Notes under the pieces: generated by a model
The model's input: the letters and a program-made list of their open reading frames with translations, nothing else
Told to the model about the DNA's origin: nothing
Database searches by the model: none
Assembly: GCA_021325115.1 (NCBI GenBank)
Contig: JAJPHU010000126.1
Span: 3,066-67,065 of the forward strand
DNA: 64,000 bases
Direction of reading: 5' to 3'
From: Planctomycetota bacterium
Lineage (GTDB): Bacteria > Planctomycetota > Planctomycetia > Gemmatales > Gemmataceae
Shown: positions 25,346 to 35,900 of the stretch, one piece after another
How positions within the stretch are numbered: the first letter of the stretch is position 1
Layout of the letters: every line of letters starts with the position of its first letter
Position numbers and translations under genes: made by a program

Positions 25346-25469
25346 ACTTCTTACTATATGCGGTTGTCGCAAAAGAGGAAAAGAATGCCGCATTTTGACC
25401 TGGAACTCAGTAGGAAAGGCATGTCAATTTGGAACAGAGAGATTTACCCATCCTCCGAGGAGTCATTTG

Positions 25470-27431
25470 ATGCGAAGCATCTACTTGTCGATTTGGACTT
25501 GCTTGGTTGTCGGTTCGAGCCGTGCAGATGATTATTCTAAGATAATTCACGCACCTCCGGGCCACCTTCAAACGAGTTGGATCGGGAACTCTTTCGGCGG
25601 GAACGGCGGGCCGAATGGATTCGGTTACTGGGTCCAAAACGCTTCCGCTCGTAGCATCGTCACTCCGGACGGGACGATGATCGTCGGGATTGATTGGGAC
25701 GAGGCAGGTCGGTGCGTTGGTCTGTACAAGGACGGTCGCGTCAATCGTATCCTGCTCAAGGCAGAGGGAGGCACACTCCCGGATTCGGCCTGGGGCTGGG
25801 GCACGGGCAACGATGGGGCCATCGCAGCCGTCGGGACAGACCTCTATGTCGGGACCAAAGGCAAGAAACTGCTCCGTTTCCAGTGGCAACCAGGCAAGCT
25901 CGACTCGGCCAAGTTTGTTGGGGCCACGGACCTTTCGGCCTCTCCGCTAGGACTTTCTGCACGCGGCGACGTGCTGGCCGTTGTAAACGCAAAACGGATC
26001 GAGCTATGGTCGATTCCTCATGAGAAATTGCTCCACAGCTTTGATGTCGTTGCCCAGGATGCGGCCATCGCACCGGACGGTTCGATCTGGGTACTCACCC
26101 GCGGCAAGATCCGGCACTACTCGGCGGAAGGCCGAGATTTGCATGTCGAGCTTCCCGATATTGGCAATCCAACCGCATTGGCGTTCGCGCACCATGATAA
26201 TACGTTGCTCGTCTGCGACGACGGCCCACGGCAGCAGATCCTCGTCTATGACGTGAGCGAGGAGCAACCAAGACGCGTTCGAACCATCGGTCAGAAAGGA
26301 GGGTTACAGGCTGGTGTTCCGGGAAAGATGGCCCCCGATAAATTCTTCAGCTTACGCGGGGCCGGCACAGACCGGGATGGCAACTTATACGTCTCCATGA
26401 GTTTCGGGAAAGGGCCGAGCGGCTCTCTTACACTGCGGTCTCTCTCGCCACGCGGTGAGTTGCGTTGGGAGTTGTACAATCAAGCCTTCGTGGATACGTT
26501 CGGCTTCGATCCGGATGCAGATGGCAAAGTGGTCTATAGCCGGCTTGGTTTGTTCGATCTGGATCTCTCGCGGCAGAAGGCGGGATCGGAGTGGTCGCTA
26601 CGGGCAATCACCGTGGATCACTTGGCCCATCCGAAGGAGGATCGCCTGAATGGAGGTGCTTCGGTAATCATCCGGCGGCTGAAAGGTCGCCGCATCCTGT
26701 ATTCTATTGGTCAGTATGGAGGCGGTTTCCAGCTTTACACTTTTGAGGAGCCGGCTGGCCTCGTCGCTCGACCGGCAGGTAAGATTCACGCCAAGGATAC
26801 CTGGGCCTGGCACGTGGACTCTCAGGGAGCCATCTGGCATGGGGACGCACCGAAGCGAACCATCCGGCGCTATCCTTTCGCGGGTTGGGACGAGAAGCAG
26901 CAGCCGCAATATCATTGGGACAAATTCGATCACTGGGATTGGCCACAAGATTTTGAATTAGTTCGCCGGGTGGTGTATCGCGCCGACACGGATTCATTGT
27001 ATCTGTTCGGCTACCTTAAAGGGGAAGCCATCGATTCTTGGGGCGTAGTCGGGCGAACCGCACGCCGCTACGATGGCTGGCGCTCGGGCAAACGGACCCT
27101 GACCTGGACGAAAGCGCTGCCCTTGACGCCAGACGGCGAGGGTAAGGGTAAGCCCCTGAGCGCGGAATCGGTGGCGGTGGTCGGCGACTACCTGTTCGTC
27201 GGCATGTGCAAACCACAAGATAACCGACAGTATATCCATATCTTCGCGACCAAGGATGCCAGTTACGTCGGCAGTTTTTGGCCGGGAGATTCCGTGGGCG
27301 GTCAGGCAGGATGGTTGGATATGCCGTACGCCCTCCAGGGGCTGAAAAGACAAAACGGCGAATATCTGCTTCTGGTAGAAGAAGATTTTCGCGGTAAAAA
27401 CCTCCTTTATCGCTGGACACCGAGTCGCTGA
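25470..27431 (+). CDS. secreted hypothetical protein, beta-propeller-like
   Basis: Signal peptide MRSIYLSIWTCLVVGSSRA, 653 aa, with repeated beta-strand-rich blocks containing DG/GxxW motifs (APDGSIWVLTRGKIRHY; DRDGNLYVSMSF). ATG 25470 lies 8 nt after GAGGAG. I recognise no family. Confidence 0.7.
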   Translation: MRSIYLSIWTCLVVGSSRADDYSKIIHAPPGHLQTSWIGNSFGGNGGPNGFGYWVQNASARSIVTPDGTMIVGIDWDEAGRCVGLYKDGRVNRILLKAEGGTLPDSAWGWGTGNDGAIAAVGTDLYVGTKGKKLLRFQWQPGKLDSAKFVGATDLSASPLGLSARGDVLAVVNAKRIELWSIPHEKLLHSFDVVAQDAAIAPDGSIWVLTRGKIRHYSAEGRDLHVELPDIGNPTALAFAHHDNTLLVCDDGPRQQILVYDVSEEQPRRVRTIGQKGGLQAGVPGKMAPDKFFSLRGAGTDRDGNLYVSMSFGKGPSGSLTLRSLSPRGELRWELYNQAFVDTFGFDPDADGKVVYSRLGLFDLDLSRQKAGSEWSLRAITVDHLAHPKEDRLNGGASVIIRRLKGRRILYSIGQYGGGFQLYTFEEPAGLVARPAGKIHAKDTWAWHVDSQGAIWHGDAPKRTIRRYPFAGWDEKQQPQYHWDKFDHWDWPQDFELVRRVVYRADTDSLYLFGYLKGEAIDSWGVVGRTARRYDGWRSGKRTLTWTKALPLTPDGEGKGKPLSAESVAVVGDYLFVGMCKPQDNRQYIHIFATKDASYVGSFWPGDSVGGQAGWLDMPYALQGLKRQNGEYLLLVEEDFRGKNLLYRWTPSR

Positions 27432-27477
27432 ACCCGCGAATGTAAGAGAGTAACTTAGGAGGGAGAGCATTCGTACA

Positions 27478-28908
27478 ATGAAGCCTACGCAATTTTTTCT
27501 GTTACTCGCTTCTCTCAGCTTGTTTGGGCCTTCGGTCGCTCCCGCCGAGGGCAAACAGCTATCCAGACTCAAGGTGAGCGAGAATGGACGATTCCTCATG
27601 ACCGAGAAGGGAGAGCCATTTTTCTGGCTCGGCGATACCGCCTGGGAGCTTTTCCATAGGCTCAATCGGGAGGATGCGGATCGCTACCTGCGGAAACGCT
27701 CCTCGCAAGGATTCACCGTCATTCAGGCCGTCGCCCTGGCCGAAATCGACGGCCATACCATACCGAACGCCTACGGCCATCTCCCCCTGGTTGACTTCGA
27801 CCCGGCACGTCCGGATGTAAAGGACGGTCCACGCAACGATTATTGGGACCATGTGGATTACATTGTTGATCGGGCGAATGAACTAGGGCTTCGTATCGGC
27901 TTTCTCCCAACGTGGGGGCGATATTGGCACGATAAGGTCCGAGACGGGAAGCCGCTTTTCACCAGGGAAAACGCGGCTACCTACGGCGAATGGTTAGGCC
28001 GGCGTTACAAGGGAAAAGGGCTGATATGGATCCTGGGCGGCGACCGGGGTATCGATAACGCCGAGCAGAAAGAAATCATTCGCGCCCTGGCGCGCGGTTT
28101 GCGCCGGGGCGATGGCGGTGTACATTTGATGACCTTTCACCCGCCTGGGGGCACTGGCTCGTCTCAGTGGTTTCACGACGATTCTTGGCTCGATTTCAAC
28201 CTGCGGCAAAACGGCCATGTCACGGAGTATACCGGCCGCTACGCACAGACCCGAACCGACTACGACCGCAAACCCACCAAACCTGTGATCGATGGCGAAC
28301 CATTGTACGAAGGCCATCCAATCGCTTTCAATGCGAAAGCGCTGGGCCATTCCACGGCCGCCGATGTTCGCCGACCGCTCTACTGGGACTTGTTTTCCGG
28401 TGCCTGCGGCCATACCTACGGCCATCATGCCGTCTGGCAAATGTGGCAACCCGCTCGCAGGCCTATCAACGACCCGCTGATGCCCTGGACGGAAGCAATG
28501 GATGAGCCTGGAGCCAGGCAGATGGTCCATGCGCGACGTCTTCTGGAGTCGCGCCCTTTTTTCACGCGTATTCCGGATGATTCGGTGATCGTTACAGATC
28601 GCGTAGCAACCGCCATTCCGGGGGCCGGTCGAGCCCGCTTTGTTGCCACGCGCGATGCGTCCGGAAGCTACGCGATGATCTATGTACCGATTGGCCGAAA
28701 ATTCAAAGTCCGCATGGACAAGATCAGCGGCGCAAAGGTGAAGGTTTGGTGGTTCGATCCGCGGACAGGATCGGTCACCTCGATCGGCGAGTTTCCCAAT
28801 ATCGGCGAGCGTGAGTTTGTATCTCCCCAGCCCGGAGAGTTGCTCGACTGGGTATTGGTCCTTGATGACGCAGCGAAGAACTTTCCGCCGCCTGGACAAA
28901 GCAAATAG
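27478..28908 (+). CDS. glycoside hydrolase family 140-like (DUF4038) protein
   Basis: Signal peptide, then [45 protein letters not shown]...[28 protein letters not shown]...IWILGGD. This is typical of DUF4038/GH140, with a C-terminal beta domain. Confidence 0.8.
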   Translation: MKPTQFFLLLASLSLFGPSVAPAEGKQLSRLKVSENGRFLMTEKGEPFFWLGDTAWELFHRLNREDADRYLRKRSSQGFTVIQAVALAEIDGHTIPNAYGHLPLVDFDPARPDVKDGPRNDYWDHVDYIVDRANELGLRIGFLPTWGRYWHDKVRDGKPLFTRENAATYGEWLGRRYKGKGLIWILGGDRGIDNAEQKEIIRALARGLRRGDGGVHLMTFHPPGGTGSSQWFHDDSWLDFNLRQNGHVTEYTGRYAQTRTDYDRKPTKPVIDGEPLYEGHPIAFNAKALGHSTAADVRRPLYWDLFSGACGHTYGHHAVWQMWQPARRPINDPLMPWTEAMDEPGARQMVHARRLLESRPFFTRIPDDSVIVTDRVATAIPGAGRARFVATRDASGSYAMIYVPIGRKFKVRMDKISGAKVKVWWFDPRTGSVTSIGEFPNIGEREFVSPQPGELLDWVLVLDDAAKNFPPPGQSK

Positions 28909-29183
28909 CCTATTTCGACATGCCGGCTATGCGTCCGATGGAGGCTGATAATGTCACGACTATTTCCACCTGTGATCGCCTTTGTCTGTTGGCCGGTCAG
29001 GGCGGGCCGGTAGCGAAGAATCTCCCGAAAAGATGGGGCCGGGCAGGCTCAGCGCCCAGGACTGTACCCAGCGGCTCGAGCGCACTAACTCCTGAGCCAA
29101 ACGCACAAACAGTGGCCGGAAGTAGAAGCTATCGAACCGTTATCCGAACCTGCCACGCCGGCCATTTGAAGGAGGATTTGTCC

Positions 29184-29412
29184 ATGCCTCAGGATGACTT
29201 GAAAGAATATCTGAAACGCGAGCCATTCCCGCCGTTTCGCCTTTATCTTTCCCCGGGAGCATTCGTGGACATCTGCCAGCCGCAATTGGCAGGCATATGT
29301 CAGCCACTCGGTCCTCACCCTTGGCCAGTCCATTGAGGGAGACAAACAACGTTTCCTGGTAATCATCTTGATTCACATCGTCTGGTTCGAAGTCCTGCTG
29401 CTCGCACCGTGA
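29184..29412 (+). pseudogene. small conserved-hypothetical gene with apparent +1 frameshift
   Basis: ATG 29184 follows AAGGAGGA: MPQDDLKEYLKREPFPPFRLYLSPGAFVDICQPQLA.. The family-like continuation (..YVSHSVLTLGQSIEGDKQRFLVIILIHIVWFEVL) is in the +1 frame from ~29275 and ends at 29412. The annotated frame stops at 29336. Confidence 0.45.
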
Positions 29413-29575
29413 CGCCGCGCTACGAATCCCGTTTCTTCCTCCTTAAGGACGTGAAAACTACAAGTCCCGTAAATCACTCTATCTCCGCTTAGATGCGCAT
29501 CATTTGCCGCCTGCTCTCGCTTGTTTGGCGAATTGCGGCAGGCGATTGAGAGGGCGAATCATCCGTGAATACCCT

Positions 29576-29608
29576 GGTTAGCGACGCTTCTACGAAGCGT
29601 CGCTAACC
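29576..29608. terminator. perfect 15-bp hairpin after the large membrane-protein gene
   Basis: GGTTAGCGACGCTTC-tac-GAAGCGTCGCTAACC, 10 nt beyond the stop at 29618. It lies between convergent genes. Confidence 0.6.
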
Positions 29609-29617
29609 GGAGCGTAC

Positions 29618-32536
29618 TTACCGCCACGTTAACACACGGAAGATGCCTTCGCGGTGCTTAATGCGATCAGGCAACGCCAGCAAGCGATCGCGGTACATGC
29701 TTAAGAGCAGTCCCGCGCCGAAAAGTATACCACCGCCGACCGTGATGAAAATGGCCACGGCATTCAAGCGACTCCAAGGCACGTAAATCAGCAGCGTGAC
29801 GAAATACAGGGCTGTCAGCGCTGCGCCCACCAGGGTCGTCGATTTCAACTGGAATAGAAAGCCGGTCGTCACCAGAAGCACAGCGGCGGCCAGGAATCCC
29901 AGTTCGTTGAGGACGATGAAATGGTCGCGGCTGCGGTCGATGAAGGTGGCTATCGCCAAGGGCATGCCAACCAGCAGGCTGCCCAGAAACAAGCTCAGGC
30001 TAACCATGTCGTTCTCTCGTTCTTGCTCGCGATACCAGCCGATGTGCCCCGCGACTAAGAGCAGCAGACCGACTGCGACACTGAATATCTCCAGCTTCTG
30101 CCACAGGCTCAACTGGCTCAGTACGGTGATGCCGAGGAAGGTGAGCGCTGCTTGACCAAGGGTGGTCACCACATACCAGCGCCGCCAAGCCGCCTGCTGC
30201 ACCAGCGCCAGCGACAACAAACTGATGGCGGTCAGCGCGGCAAACAGACCTACAAGTTGCCAGTTGATCTGGTGAACGGCCAGTCGGCTTAGGCCCAGAA
30301 AGAGGGCAGCCACAAACGACAACGACAGCAGCGTGTTGGCGCTTTGGAAGGCCGCATTGGCCAGTGGCTGGACGGCAAAGCGCTCCAAGACGGCGAAGCG
30401 GTAGGTCAGTAGCAATCCCAGGCCGACCAGTGCGAAAGTCAGAGTGTAGAACTCGGCGGCTACCCCCCAATAGCTCAGCACTTGCCAGAGTGCCCCGCAC
30501 GCCATCGCGGCGCTCAGATGGATCGTCCATACCTTTTGATAAAACGCTGTGGCCAAGGCATAGAACAGGGCTGCCTCGGTGCAGAACAGGGCCAGGGCCA
30601 GATTGAGCGGTTGGTTCTGAATGGGGGCGAACCCTTCCAACGCCGACGCCAAGCTTGACACCAGCATGACAGCTGTGGCGGCGTGGCTGACCCAGAGCAG
30701 CGGCTGTTCTTCGTTTCGACCACGGTACAGACGGGCAGCTATCAGGTAAACAATGGGCAGCAGCATCAACCAGGGGGCATGTTGTTGCCAGGTATTCAGG
30801 CGGAGCGGAGGCGCGGCCAGCAGCGCCGTGGCCGCCACCAGCGTGGCCGCCGCCGTGGCGAAGAAGTAGACTGCCGCCAGCCGCGGTTGACTATTGCGAT
30901 ACAGATAGGCGCCGAAGCGGCATGACACGGCTGTCAGCAACATCGCTCCCACATATGTCCAGGCCGGCGCTTCGCCTTGCCAGACGCCTTTCAGATTGGG
31001 ACTGAGCGCTTGCAAATACACCAGCAAACCCAAGGCCACGGCCAAGAGCGGAAGCAAAACACCCAAAATAGGGATGGCCCGTGTGTAGCGGCTGCTGCGG
31101 AAAACCGTGGCCTGCGATATGTTGAGAGCCAGAGCGGCCAGGGCCAACACGGCGATCAGCGCATCCATGCCCAGCTCGATATGCAGTAATTGCAAGCCCA
31201 AAATCAAGGTCCACAGCAATGTGCCCGCGGCAATATAAATGTACACCCCCACCCGCCGCACCACCAGGTCGGAATAAATATAGGCGTAGGTGCCGGCGAC
31301 CACGAGGAGCAGCGCCAGCCAACGCAATTCGCCGACAATGGGCGAGGGCGTGGCTCCCCATTTCTCGTACAGGCTTTGGAACACCGGCTTGTACAGCCAA
31401 TCGCCGGCGATGTCGGCGCCGAGGACAAGCAACAAACCGGCCGCCAACAGCGTATGTCCTGACCAGAAAAAAGCCAGGCCGAAACGCCGCCGGCTGAAGG
31501 GACCTTCCTGTTCGGGGAAAGCTCGTTCGGCGTGGATGGCCAGCATACCCAGCACAACCAGCAGCGTAGACGGCAAGGCGATCTCCCAGAACTTCTGCGG
31601 CGACGGCGGCAGATCAGCCAGGAACAGAAGGCCGGTCAAGGTCACTCCGGCCATAAAAATGTAGACGAACAACTCATCGCGCAGCACCAGGGCCGAAGCG
31701 GCATAGAGGACGCTGATGACCAAGGCCGCCACCCAGAGATGGCCATCGAGCGTAAGGAGCCCGTTGGCGTGGTAGTACCAGAGGTTGAGCGGCAAGACGA
31801 GACAGGCCAGGAGTGTGACGGCCCGGCCGGCCAATTGATAGCGGCTGCCGCGCAACAGCCACCAGCCCGCCCCTAGCGTGGCCGCATTCAGAACGCCGAG
31901 TCCGACAGCGACCCCAGGCGGTTTCAACAACTCATTGACCCACAGCCAAATCACCAGTCCCACGACCATTAGCGCTCCGCCAAAGGCCAAAAGCATGTGG
32001 ATGTTGCGTGGGTCGAGCAGGATCTCCATGAGCGGGCGTCGCGGTCGGGCCGGCGGCGTGGCTGCCGATGGCTCAGCGGGCAAAACTGCAGCGAGGCGTT
32101 CCCGGTCCAGACGCCGTTGCAGGGCGGCAAGGCGTTCGTTGCACTCGGCCAGGCAGGCATCGGCAGCCGACAGCGGCAAGGTGCCGGCCTGCTGGAATTT
32201 TTTGATCTCGCTGCATGTGAAAAGGAAGTAACGGAGCTTTTGTGTCTCCGGTGTGTGCGCCGGCGCTCCGCATTCACTGCAATGCCTCGCGTCAGCTGCC
32301 AAGGGTCGCTGGCAACTCCAACACTCGTCTGCCGAGGGCAAGACCAGGGCGGCCGGGACTGACCCGCCGCTTTCCAGGCTGCTCTGCAAGGCGCTGTAAC
32401 GGTTGCGGATAACTTGATGACTCTCGTCACGGATCAACCCCATCTCGTGCCAGATCTCGAAACAACGTTGGGCAAAGGCCACAGCCGCCCGCAAATCGTC
32501 GCGATCGATGGCGTTGCTCGTGGATGCCGCTGTCAT
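29618..32536 (-). CDS. large polytopic membrane protein with N-terminal zinc-ribbon domain
   Basis: 972 aa. Residues 1-170 are soluble, with CWSCQ..(11)..CSECG. More than 20 hydrophobic helices follow. I cannot confidently assign a family. Confidence 0.8.
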   Translation of the reverse strand: MTAASTSNAIDRDDLRAAVAFAQRCFEIWHEMGLIRDESHQVIRNRYSALQSSLESGGSVPAALVLPSADECWSCQRPLAADARHCSECGAPAHTPETQKLRYFLFTCSEIKKFQQAGTLPLSAADACLAECNERLAALQRRLDRERLAAVLPAEPSAATPPARPRRPLMEILLDPRNIHMLLAFGGALMVVGLVIWLWVNELLKPPGVAVGLGVLNAATLGAGWWLLRGSRYQLAGRAVTLLACLVLPLNLWYYHANGLLTLDGHLWVAALVISVLYAASALVLRDELFVYIFMAGVTLTGLLFLADLPPSPQKFWEIALPSTLLVVLGMLAIHAERAFPEQEGPFSRRRFGLAFFWSGHTLLAAGLLLVLGADIAGDWLYKPVFQSLYEKWGATPSPIVGELRWLALLLVVAGTYAYIYSDLVVRRVGVYIYIAAGTLLWTLILGLQLLHIELGMDALIAVLALAALALNISQATVFRSSRYTRAIPILGVLLPLLAVALGLLVYLQALSPNLKGVWQGEAPAWTYVGAMLLTAVSCRFGAYLYRNSQPRLAAVYFFATAAATLVAATALLAAPPLRLNTWQQHAPWLMLLPIVYLIAARLYRGRNEEQPLLWVSHAATAVMLVSSLASALEGFAPIQNQPLNLALALFCTEAALFYALATAFYQKVWTIHLSAAMACGALWQVLSYWGVAAEFYTLTFALVGLGLLLTYRFAVLERFAVQPLANAAFQSANTLLSLSFVAALFLGLSRLAVHQINWQLVGLFAALTAISLLSLALVQQAAWRRWYVVTTLGQAALTFLGITVLSQLSLWQKLEIFSVAVGLLLLVAGHIGWYREQERENDMVSLSLFLGSLLVGMPLAIATFIDRSRDHFIVLNELGFLAAAVLLVTTGFLFQLKSTTLVGAALTALYFVTLLIYVPWSRLNAVAIFITVGGGILFGAGLLLSMYRDRLLALPDRIKHREGIFRVLTWR

Positions 32537-32918
32537 GTGTCACCCCTCTGTATAGACGTGGAAACACGGGACGAAGAAATACACTCTCTCTTGACAAGGC
32601 ACTAGTGAATCAGAAATGTCACACGGCATCTGGTGTTCGCTTGCTTGGTAAATTAAAGCAAACGATCGAAGAAAGCAACACTCTTCGGACTTGATATAGA
32701 GCTTAGAAATCCGAAGAAGCACTTGATACGGTCGCTTGGAGGAAAATTCACCATAACCTTTGAAGAAGTTTGCCAATATCTATGGCAAACCATTCCAGCC
32801 AGTGCGCATTCACTTCAAAGACGATCGAGCAAGAAGAGCCATCAGGAATCGATTTAAGGTCTAAAAAGCATTAAATTCGAGTACGGACATGCTTTGCGGC
32901 GTATCCCAACGGACTGCA

Positions 32919-35900
32919 TCAGTGCGCCAGGCTCCCTGATCCTTCTGGTGGCTCGCGGTGACCGTAGAAACTGTACAGCACCGGCATCAGGTAGCGTGTC
33001 AAGAATAGTGTTATCACCATGCCGCCGACCACCACGATGGCCAAGGGACGCTGCGTCTGCGAGCCGATTTTGGTCGAAAGGGCTGCAGGCAAGAGACCGA
33101 GGATGGCGGTCAGGGCGGTCATCATCACCGGGCGGACGCGCTTGGCGGCGCCTTGCATGATCGCTTCGTAGAGCGGCAGTCCCTGAGCGCGGTGAGCGTT
33201 GAAGGAGGAAATCAAAATCAGGCCGTCCATGATGGCCACGCCGAACAGCGATACGAAGCCGACTGCCGCTGAGATACTGAAATTGGTACGGGTCAAGAGC
33301 AGCGCCCACAGGCCGCCGATCGTCAGAGCGAGGACGTTAGACAGCACTACTACCGTGTCCAACAAGGAATGGAAGGCCATAAACAGGAGAACGCAGATCA
33401 GCCCCAGTGACAAGGGCACAATGAACATCAGCTTGCGCTCGGCCTCTTCCATCTCCTCGAACTCACCGCTCCAGACAGCCCGGTAGGGGGCGTGGAAAAT
33501 GGCCTGGGTGCGCTTGCGGGCCTCGGCCACGGTACTGCCCAAATCGCGGCCGCGGACGCTGAACTTGAGGGCAATCATCCGCTTGCCGTTCTCATGATAA
33601 ATGTCTGAGGCGCCCGTGCGCTCGAACTGGCCGTTGGGGTCCGGGGCGCCATCATCGCCGACCGGCGAAACCAGATCGCGCAGCCGTAGCCGTGGGGCCT
33701 GCTGCGTAATCGGATTATCGGTTCGGGTCAGCGTTCCCACTGTGCTGGGCGGTGGATGGTTGGTGCCGAACGCCGAGGGGACAAGACTGTTGGCGCCTGG
33801 AGGCAAGATTACCTGGTTATTGAGAATATCTATGGGAATGTCCAGGATCGACGATTCGTTGCTGCGCAGCTTCTGGGGCCAACGGATGGCAATGTCGAAG
33901 CGTTTCTCGCCTTCGATCATGTTAGTCTGTGGTTGAGCGCCTAAGGCACTTTGGACCACGTTGTTGACATCGGCGGTCTGCACACCATATTTCGCGCACT
34001 TCTGCGGATCGACACGGAACTCGAAGTGCGATTGGCCGCGGATGTGGAAGATGCCCACGTTCTCGATGCCACGAATGTCTTGCAGGACGTTCTTGACGCG
34101 CGTGGCCAGCTTCTCCAGTTCGTCGAGATCTGGCCCGAAAATTTTCACGGAGTTATCACCCTTGACACCGGATAGTGCCTCCATGACGTTATCGCGGATA
34201 TTCTGCGAAAAGTTCCAGGTAATACCGGGTATCTTTTGTTCCAATTCGTCGTTCATGGCCTCGACGATTTCGCGTTTGGTTCGCGGCCGCATCGGTCCCC
34301 AGAGCCAGCGGCGCCAGCCGCTTAGGGGGACCAGGCGGGGCCAATCTTTCTCTGGCCGCATCGGTACGAAGTATTCGCTGTTGTAAAAACCGGCCGGATC
34401 GGTGCCGTCGTCGGGCCGGCCCAGTTGGGCGACAATCGATTCTACTTCGGGATAAGAGGCGATGATGGCCCGCGCCTGCTTGGAGATCTCGACTTGCCGC
34501 TCCAACGTGTAATTGAGAGGAGCAGTACCACGAATCCATAGATTGCCCTCTTCCAATTCGGGCATGAATTCGCGGCCTACGCGTGGCAACAAGAAGGCCG
34601 TGCCGGCGATGAGAGAGCAGATGACGGCCAGCGTCGCCCAGCGGTATTTCAGGCAAATTTGAAGCTGGCGCAGATAGCGCCGTCGGAGCCAGCGCATGAG
34701 GAAGTTTTCCTCAACCGGCTGGAAGTTCTGGAACAGAAACAGACACAACACCGGCGTCAGGGTCGTGGCCAGGACCAACGCCCCAATCAGGGCGAAAGCG
34801 TAGGTGTCTGCCATCGGCCCGAATAGCTGACCTTCCGGACCGGTCATAGTGAAAAGCGGAATGAAGGCGCAGACCATGATTAACGTCGAGAAGAGCAAGG
34901 CACGCTCGATCTCATGAGAGGCGCGGAGGATACGTTGCCGCAGCGGCAGCTCTGCATGTTCGCCACTGGCGAGATGGCGATAAATATTCTCGACCATGAT
35001 GACCGAAGAATCGACAATGATACCGAAGTCTACCGCCCCAATCGACAGCAAGTTAGCTGACCGCCCACGTAGGTACAGCACCGAAAAAGCAAACAACAAT
35101 GCCAAAGGAATGTTGATGGCCACAATAACGGCGGTGCGGACATTGTTGACGAACAGAAACAAGATCAGGACAACAAGGGCGATACCGACGAACAGATTCT
35201 CCGTCACTGTTTCGGTGGTAACGTGGAGCAAGTCGGCGCGGTCGTAAAATGGCTCGATTTCGACGCCAGGTAGCAGCCGACCGGAGGTGGGATCATTGAG
35301 TTCTTCAACCTTCTTTTTCACATCCTTAATGGCGGGCAACGTTTCCTCGTTCTTGCGTAAGAGTACGATGCACTCGACTTTATCGTCTTCATCGTGGCCC
35401 ACGTCGATGAGACTGAGGCGCGAGCCGGACGGCCGGGGATGATCTGCCTTCCAGTAGCCAACGCGTCCCAGGCGTGTGCGGTGACTGACAACCACCCCCC
35501 GTTCGCCCGGCAGCGCACCCGGATAGGGCCGGCCGCCCTCGACCACGTCTTCAACACGGACAGGCTGATTGTTAACAGAAGAGATAACTAAACTACGGAT
35601 ATCGTGGATGCGGCGCAGTTCCTCCATACGCAAGACATCAGCGGCGCGGCGAGCCGAGCGCTGATTGATGATACGGACGTGCTCGCGCTCTTCCTCGCTG
35701 AGGGCCACGGGCACTTTCCGTCCCGCCAGGCGATCGAAAAAAGTAAGCACGGTCGGCAGTCCCCAGTGTTGCGGATAGGCCGGGTCCACAAGCTGCTGGC
35801 GCAGTCCAGCCCGGATGCGTTCCTTCTGCGCACTTGGGATGTCAAGCTGGGCCAGATACGTTTCTGCTTCCTGATGCTCAAAACCCAGTACTTTGTTCAC

